Shown one piece after another: positions 32,799 through 37,897 of a stretch of 37,897 nt of DNA. Under the pieces are notes generated by a model. It did not search any database, was not told the origin of the DNA, and worked only from the letters and a program-made list of their open reading frames with translations. The stretch is from Actinomycetota bacterium (lineage in GTDB: Bacteria; Actinomycetota; UBA4738; HRBIN12), in the NCBI GenBank assembly GCA_040902755.1, contig JBBDWS010000097.1:47120-85016 (forward strand). The letters run 5' to 3'. A program made the translations under genes and the position numbers. Position 1 is the stretch's first letter, and every line of letters starts with the position of its first letter.

Positions 32799-35051
32799 GT
32801 GGTCTGTTACAAAGCCCCGGTGAGCGCAGACCTCGGGGCGGGCTCCACCTTCGGTCTCTACCGGATCGAGTCCCTGGGACGCGGCGGGATGAGCGTGGTC
32901 TACCTTGCCGAGGACACGCGTCTCGGCCGGCGGGTGGCGATCAAGGTCCTTTCCGCCGAGCTCGCCGCGGACGACGCGTTCCGTTCGCGCTTCGTGCGCG
33001 AGTCGCAGCTCGCGGCGGGCCTGGAGCACCCGAACATCGTCCCGGTGTACGAGGCGGGCGAGGCCGAGGGGCAGCTCTTCATCGCGATGCGCTACGTCCG
33101 CGGTACGGACCTTCGAACGTTGCTCACGCGGGAGGGCCCGTTCGAACCCGACCGGACGATCGCGCTGCTCCGCCCGGTCGCGGCGGCCCTGGACGCGGCG
33201 CACCGCCGTGGCCTGGTCCACCGGGACGTCAAGCCCGCGAACATCCTCATCGCGACCGACGAGGGAGAGGAGCACGTCTACCTCTCGGACTTCGGCCTTT
33301 CCAAGCACACGAGCTCCCGGAGCGGGCTCACGAAGACCGGCACGTTCATGGGGACGGTCGACTACGTGGCTCCCGAGCAGATCCAGGGGCACGACGTCGA
33401 CGGGCGGACCGACGGCTACTCGCTCGCCTGCGTGCTGTTCGAATGCTTGACCGCGAAGGTCCCCTTCGCGAAGGACAGCGACGTCGCGACCCTGTTCGGA
33501 CACATCCAGGACCCGCCGCCGCGCGTCACCCAGGCTCGAGAGAGCCTGCCCGGAGAGATCGACGAGGTGATGGCGCAAGGGATGGCGAAGAACCCGGACG
33601 ACCGCCCACAGACCGCGACGGCGCTGATCGACCGGGCGGCGCGGGCGCTCGGCGCGCCGTCCGGACCGAAGGAAGCGCCGTCCGTTCCGGCCGCACCGAC
33701 GGTCCTGGCGCCGCCGCCTCCGGCACCGGGCTGGGCCGCCTCCACGGCGCCACCGGCGTCGGCAGCCGGCACGGCGTCGCCGGTCTCACCTTCCGCGGAG
33801 CCGCGGTGGGCCGAACCGCCCTCGAAACGCGGGGGGTCCAGCAACGCCCGGCTGATCGCGATCTTCGGGGCCGCGGGTCTCGCGATCGCCGCGATCTTGG
33901 TGGTCGTAGGCCTCTCGCTCTCCGGGGACGACGATGGCCCCGGTCCGTCCCCGTCCCCGGTCTCTCCCACGCCGCAGCCGCCGATCGAAGCCGCGAACGC
34001 GAACGTCATCACGATCCCGGACGTCGGCACCGCGAACGCCTACCCGGCACCGATCGAGGTCTCGGGCGCCACCGACACTGTCTCCCGGCTCACCGTGACG
34101 CTCAGCGGTTTCTCGCACGTGTTCCCGGAGGACGTGGACGTGCTCCTGGTCGGTCCGAGCGGCGAGAGCGCGGTGCTCATGGCCGACGTCGGTGGCGGCA
34201 ACAGCGTGAGCGATCTCACGCTCACGTTCGACGACGCCGCCGATGCCGGCCTTCCCGACCGAGGCCGGATCTCGTCGGGGACCTTCCTGCCGAGCCTGGG
34301 GACCGACCGCGGTGGGGGAGCGTGCTGCGACTTCCAGGGCGGCGCCCCAGCGCCGTCGCCGCCCTACGGCACGGCGCTCTCCGTCTTCGAGGGGACCGAT
34401 CCGAACGGCGAATGGAACCTGTTCGTCTTCGACGACAGCACCGGGGATGCGGGGGAGATCGCCGCGGGCTGGAGCCTGCTGATCGAGACCGGGGACGGTG
34501 CCGGCACCGGGGAACCACCTCCGACCGAGCCAACCGTCGCCCCGTCGCCGACCGTGGTCTCCAGCACCCAGGAGATCGTGATCCCGGATTCCGGCCAGGG
34601 TGCCCCCTATCCGTCCTCCATCGAGGTCTCGGGCCTCGTCGGAACGGTCGCGGAGGTGAAGGTCACGCTGGCCGGGTTCGGCCACGAGTTCCCCGACGAC
34701 GTCGACGTCCTGCTGGTCGGGCCGTCGGGCCAGAGCGTGGTCCTCATGGCGGACATGGGAGGGTTCGACACCGTCGGGAACGTGTCGCTCACGTTCGACG
34801 ACGCCGCCGCCGCGCCGGTCCCGGATGAGACGCTGATCGTCTCCGGCACCTATCGGCCGACGAGGGAGAAGCGATGCTGCCGCTTCGACGGGACCGCTCC
34901 CGCCCCTCCCGCGCCGCACGCGGCCGCGCTCTCGGCCTTCGACGGGACGGATCCGAACGGGACGTGGAGCCTGTTCGTCTTCGATGACGGAGTCGGCGAT
35001 CAGGGCGCCCTCTCCGGCGGCTGGAGCCTCGAGATCAGCACGGCCGTCTAG
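32799..35051 (+). CDS. Transmembrane Ser/Thr protein kinase with two C-terminal P-domain-like repeats
   Basis: The Hanks kinase has GRGGMSVVY, AIKVL, HRDVKPANIL, DFGLS and APE. A P/A-rich linker leads to the TM IAIFGAAGLAIAAILVVVGLSL (~33849..33920). Two ~160-aa homologous modules follow (34002..34490 and 34572..35042). An alternative GTG start lies at 32821. Confidence 0.88.
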   Translation: MVCYKAPVSADLGAGSTFGLYRIESLGRGGMSVVYLAEDTRLGRRVAIKVLSAELAADDAFRSRFVRESQLAAGLEHPNIVPVYEAGEAEGQLFIAMRYVRGTDLRTLLTREGPFEPDRTIALLRPVAAALDAAHRRGLVHRDVKPANILIATDEGEEHVYLSDFGLSKHTSSRSGLTKTGTFMGTVDYVAPEQIQGHDVDGRTDGYSLACVLFECLTAKVPFAKDSDVATLFGHIQDPPPRVTQARESLPGEIDEVMAQGMAKNPDDRPQTATALIDRAARALGAPSGPKEAPSVPAAPTVLAPPPPAPGWAASTAPPASAAGTASPVSPSAEPRWAEPPSKRGGSSNARLIAIFGAAGLAIAAILVVVGLSLSGDDDGPGPSPSPVSPTPQPPIEAANANVITIPDVGTANAYPAPIEVSGATDTVSRLTVTLSGFSHVFPEDVDVLLVGPSGESAVLMADVGGGNSVSDLTLTFDDAADAGLPDRGRISSGTFLPSLGTDRGGGACCDFQGGAPAPSPPYGTALSVFEGTDPNGEWNLFVFDDSTGDAGEIAAGWSLLIETGDGAGTGEPPPTEPTVAPSPTVVSSTQEIVIPDSGQGAPYPSSIEVSGLVGTVAEVKVTLAGFGHEFPDDVDVLLVGPSGQSVVLMADMGGFDTVGNVSLTFDDAAAAPVPDETLIVSGTYRPTREKRCCRFDGTAPAPPAPHAAALSAFDGTDPNGTWSLFVFDDGVGDQGALSGGWSLEISTAV

Positions 35052-35087
35052 GGCTCGTCGGCTCGTCTGGTAGCCTTTCCCCTGGTC

Positions 35088-35357
35088 ATGACACTAACGA
35101 AGACGCAGAAGGCCGAGATCATCGGCGAGCACCGGCGCTCCGACGGCGACACGGGTTCCGCGGAAGTACAGGTCGCGGTGCTGAGCAAGCGGATCTCCGA
35201 CCTCACCGAGCATCTGAAGTTGCACAAGAAGGACCACGCTTCGCGGCGTGGTCTGCTCATGCTCGTCGGCCGGCGTCGGCGGCTCCTCGAGTATCTGCGG
35301 GGCGAGAACATCGAGCGGTACCGGGACCTCGTGGCCAAGCTCGGTCTGAGGCGATAA
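35088..35357 (+). CDS. rpsO: 30S ribosomal protein S15
   Basis: 89 aa with [51 protein letters not shown]. Confidence 0.95.
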   Translation: MTLTKTQKAEIIGEHRRSDGDTGSAEVQVAVLSKRISDLTEHLKLHKKDHASRRGLLMLVGRRRRLLEYLRGENIERYRDLVAKLGLRR

Positions 35358-35373
35358 GGATGCAGGACCAAGA

Positions 35374-35393
35374 AGGCGCTCGAGGGAGCGCCT
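35374..35393 (+). terminator. GC-rich hairpin after rpsO (candidate terminator/processing site)
   Basis: aggcgctc-gagg-gagcgcct forms an 8-bp perfect stem starting 17 nt after the rpsO stop. There is no U-tract, so the terminator call is tentative. Confidence 0.35.
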
Positions 35394-35575
35394 CCTCCAC
35401 GGCAGGAGGGATGCGAACGAACCACTGAACGACCGGAGCACGGCGGTCCCGGTCGGTTCTCAGTCGCGAGCCTCCGAGCCAGCTCGGCGGTTCCCCACTG
35501 ACAACCGGCCCCTCCCGCCTCAACACTCGCGCGGCGCGACCGCACCGCGCGGACCCTCTGAAGGAGGATCGGCCG

Positions 35576-37897
35576 ATGGCCACGACACTTTCCCGCCAGA
35601 TCGGGAACCAGACACTGACGTTCGGGACCGGCAAGCTTGCCAGGCAGGCTCACGGCTCGTGCACCGTCCAATACGGCGAGACACAGATCCTCGCCACCTG
35701 CACCACCGCGAAGCCCCGCGAGGGGATCGACTTCTTCCCGCTGACGATCGACGTCGAGGAGCGGATGTACGCGGCCGGCAAGATCCCCGGCGGGTTCTTC
35801 CGCCGCGAGGGCCGGCCCTCGGAGACGGCGATCCTGACGGCGCGGCTCACCGACCGGCCGATGCGTCCGTCCTTCAAGGACGGGTACCGCGACGAGGTCC
35901 AGGTCGTGATCACCGTGCTGTCCGCCGACATGGCGAACCCGTACGACATCCCCGGCATGAACGGCGCGAGCCTCGCCACCATGATCAGCGGCATCCCGTT
36001 CGAGGGTCCCGTCGGCTCGGTTCGGCTCGGCCTCATCGGCGGCGAGTGGCAGATCAACCCCACGTTCCTGGACGTCGAGGAGGCCACGTTCGACATCGTC
36101 GTGGCCGGCCGGCGCAACGATGCCGGCGAGATCGACATCCTGATGATCGAGGGAGAGGCGCCGGACAACACCTGGCAGCTCCTCGGCGGGTCCGAGGGCG
36201 CCGTGGCGCCGACCGAAGAGGTTGTGGCGCAGGGCCTCGAGGCCGCCAAGCGCGCGATCGCCGAGCTGATCGACTTCCAGCTCGAGTTCCTCAGCAAGCT
36301 CGACGTGAAGCCGAAGCCCTTCGAGCCACGCCCGCTGTACGAGCCCGACACGTGGTCGATCGTGGAGGCGTACGCGAAGGAGCGCCTCGAGACGGCGATC
36401 GTGACCGACAAGCAGGAGCGCGAGACGGCGCTCTCCGAGATCAAGGATCTCCTGAAGGGTCACCTGCTCGAGACGTGGGGCCAGGAGGTCTATGCCACCC
36501 GCGAGGCGGAGATCTCGCCGGCGTGGAAGGACCTGCAGAAGAAGGTCATGCGGGCCCGGGTGATCGAGCACGGCGTGCGCCTGGACGGCAGGGGACCGAA
36601 GGACATCCGTCCGCTCTCGGCCGAGATCGGTCTCATCCCGCGCGCCCACGGCTCGGCGTTGTTCAACCGCGGGGATACCCAGGCGCTGAACGTCACCACC
36701 CTGGGGATGCTGCGGATGACGCAGATGATCGACACGCTCGACCCCGAGGACAGCAAGCGCTACATGCACCACTACAACTTCCCGCCGTTCTCCACGGGCG
36801 AGGTGGGCCGGATCGGCTCGCCCCGCCGCCGCGAGATCGGCCACGGCGCGCTCGCCGAGCGGGCGCTCGTGCCGGTGATCCCACCGGAGGAGGAGTTCCC
36901 GTACGCGCTCCGCCTGGTCTCGGACATCCTCGCCTCGAACGGGTCGACCTCGATGGCGAGCGTGTGCGCCTCGACGCTGTCGCTGATGGACGCCGGCGTG
37001 CCGCTCAAAGCGCCGGTCGCCGGCATCGCGATGGGGATGATCGCCGAGAACGGGACCTTCGTGACGCTGACCGACATCCTGGGGGCCGAGGACATGCTCG
37101 GCGACATGGACTTCAAGGTCGCCGGGACGAAGGACATCGTCACGGCGATCCAGCTCGACATGAAGGTGACCGGGCTGCCGGGGAACGTGCTCGCCGGCGC
37201 GCTCGACCAGGCCAAGGAAGCGCGGTTGAAGATCCTGGACGTGATGCAGGCCGCCATCCCGGTGCCGAGGACCGAGGTCAACCCGAAGGCGCCGCGGATC
37301 CTGACGCTGAAGATCCCCGTCGACAAGATCGGCGAGGTCATCGGGCCCAAGGGCAAGAAGATCAACGAGATCGTCGCCATGACCGGGGCGGACATCGACA
37401 TCCAGGACGACGGGACGGTCTTCGTCGGTGCCCGCGACGGTGCCGGCGCGGACGAGGCGGCCCGGATCATCGACGAGATCGCGAACCCGCGTCCGATCAA
37501 CATCGGGGAGCACTTCACCGGGACGGTCGTCAACACGACGACGTTCGGCGCGTTCGTGAACCTCGTGCCGGGTCGCGACGGGCTGATCCACATCTCGAAG
37601 CTCGGCCGAGGCAAGCGCCTCGCGAGCGTCGAGGAGGCCGTGAAGGTGGGCGACACGGTCGAGGTCGAGGTCGTGGACATCGACGACCGCGGCAAGATCA
37701 GCCTCAAGCCGGTCGGCGAAGAGTGGGCGATCCCGGAGGGGATGGAGGTCGAGGACGACCGGCCCCCGCGCCGTGACCGCGGCGACCGCGATCGCGGTGG
37801 CCGTGGCGGGCGAGACGGCGGCCGCGACCGCGACCGGCGGCCCCGCGACCGCGACCGGGCTCCCAGGGAGGACCGGGCCGTTCGCGAGAACACGCCC
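35576..37897 (+). CDS. pnp: Polynucleotide phosphorylase, 3' end outside window
   Basis: ATG 35576 is preceded by AAGGAGG (35561-67). My translation reads MATTLSRQIGNQTLTFGTGKLARQAHGSCTVQYGETQILATCTTAKPREGIDFFPLTIDVEERMYAAGKIPGGFFRREGRPSE... and continues in frame through the RNase PH, KH and S1 regions to the window end. It is absent from the ORF track because no stop lies in the window. Confidence 0.93.
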   Translation, partial: MATTLSRQIGNQTLTFGTGKLARQAHGSCTVQYGETQILATCTTAKPREGIDFFPLTIDVEERMYAAGKIPGGFFRREGRPSETAILTARLTDRPMRPSFKDGYRDEVQVVITVLSADMANPYDIPGMNGASLATMISGIPFEGPVGSVRLGLIGGEWQINPTFLDVEEATFDIVVAGRRNDAGEIDILMIEGEAPDNTWQLLGGSEGAVAPTEEVVAQGLEAAKRAIAELIDFQLEFLSKLDVKPKPFEPRPLYEPDTWSIVEAYAKERLETAIVTDKQERETALSEIKDLLKGHLLETWGQEVYATREAEISPAWKDLQKKVMRARVIEHGVRLDGRGPKDIRPLSAEIGLIPRAHGSALFNRGDTQALNVTTLGMLRMTQMIDTLDPEDSKRYMHHYNFPPFSTGEVGRIGSPRRREIGHGALAERALVPVIPPEEEFPYALRLVSDILASNGSTSMASVCASTLSLMDAGVPLKAPVAGIAMGMIAENGTFVTLTDILGAEDMLGDMDFKVAGTKDIVTAIQLDMKVTGLPGNVLAGALDQAKEARLKILDVMQAAIPVPRTEVNPKAPRILTLKIPVDKIGEVIGPKGKKINEIVAMTGADIDIQDDGTVFVGARDGAGADEAARIIDEIANPRPINIGEHFTGTVVNTTTFGAFVNLVPGRDGLIHISKLGRGKRLASVEEAVKVGDTVEVEVVDIDDRGKISLKPVGEEWAIPEGMEVEDDRPPRRDRGDRDRGGRGGRDGGRDRDRRPRDRDRAPREDRAVRENTP

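Noticed and set aside
32315-34828. 837-aa + strand ORF overlapping the CapA-like gene and the kinase
   Set aside because: It is out of frame with both. Its translation is Arg/Gly/Pro-rich with no motifs, while the kinase frame carries the complete set of Hanks motifs.
35659-37776. 705-aa + strand ORF and the 847-aa / 373-aa minus-strand ORFs over the same region
   Set aside because: The + ORF is out of frame with pnp and translates to Arg/Gly/Asp/Pro-rich nonsense. The frame starting at ATG 35576 gives canonical PNPase sequence and runs off the window, which is why it is missing from the track. The minus-strand ORFs are antisense shadows.
1-37897. CRISPR arrays, rRNA genes, IS elements with terminal inverted repeats
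   Set aside because: No regularly spaced repeat/spacer pattern is present. The only tandem repeats are the coding 21-mers in nusA and the 11-mers at the island ends. No transposase-like ORF was seen.

Overview
High-GC (actinobacterial-type) chromosomal window. Most of it is conserved housekeeping synteny on the + strand: tsf-pyrH-frr-cdsA-dxr-rseP, an OmpR/HK two-component pair plus yjbQ, ispG, proS, rimP-nusA-ylxR-infB-DUF503-rbfA-nrnA-truB-ribF, a CapA-like gene, a Ser/Thr kinase, then rpsO-pnp. Many genes are joined by 4-nt stop/start overlaps. The exception is an ~8.2 kb integrative island (10120..18395) bounded by a perfect 51-bp direct repeat. It is inserted into the first codons of trpG and so splits a translationally coupled trpE-trpG pair on the minus strand. 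The island carries a tyrosine integrase, an orphan reverse transcriptase with a HEAT-like helical C-terminus (UG/Abi defence-RT-like architecture), two long ORF-poor stretches that could encode RNAs, a coupled small-protein/multi-TM pair, a lone sigma-70 region-4 protein, and a minus-strand operon (TM/coiled-coil/zinc-ribbon protein, Xis/AlpA-like HTH, DUF4352-like anchored protein). I regard the RT and its neighbours as the best candidate for an undescribed system, but no family assignment could be verified without searches. Other points worth a look are a Trp-codon leader peptide/attenuator candidate upstream of trpE, a kinase with a tandem P-domain-like ectodomain, and an intrinsic terminator just upstream of rimP. 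I found no rRNA, tRNA or CRISPR array. The many long antisense or out-of-frame ORFs in the track are high-GC shadow ORFs.
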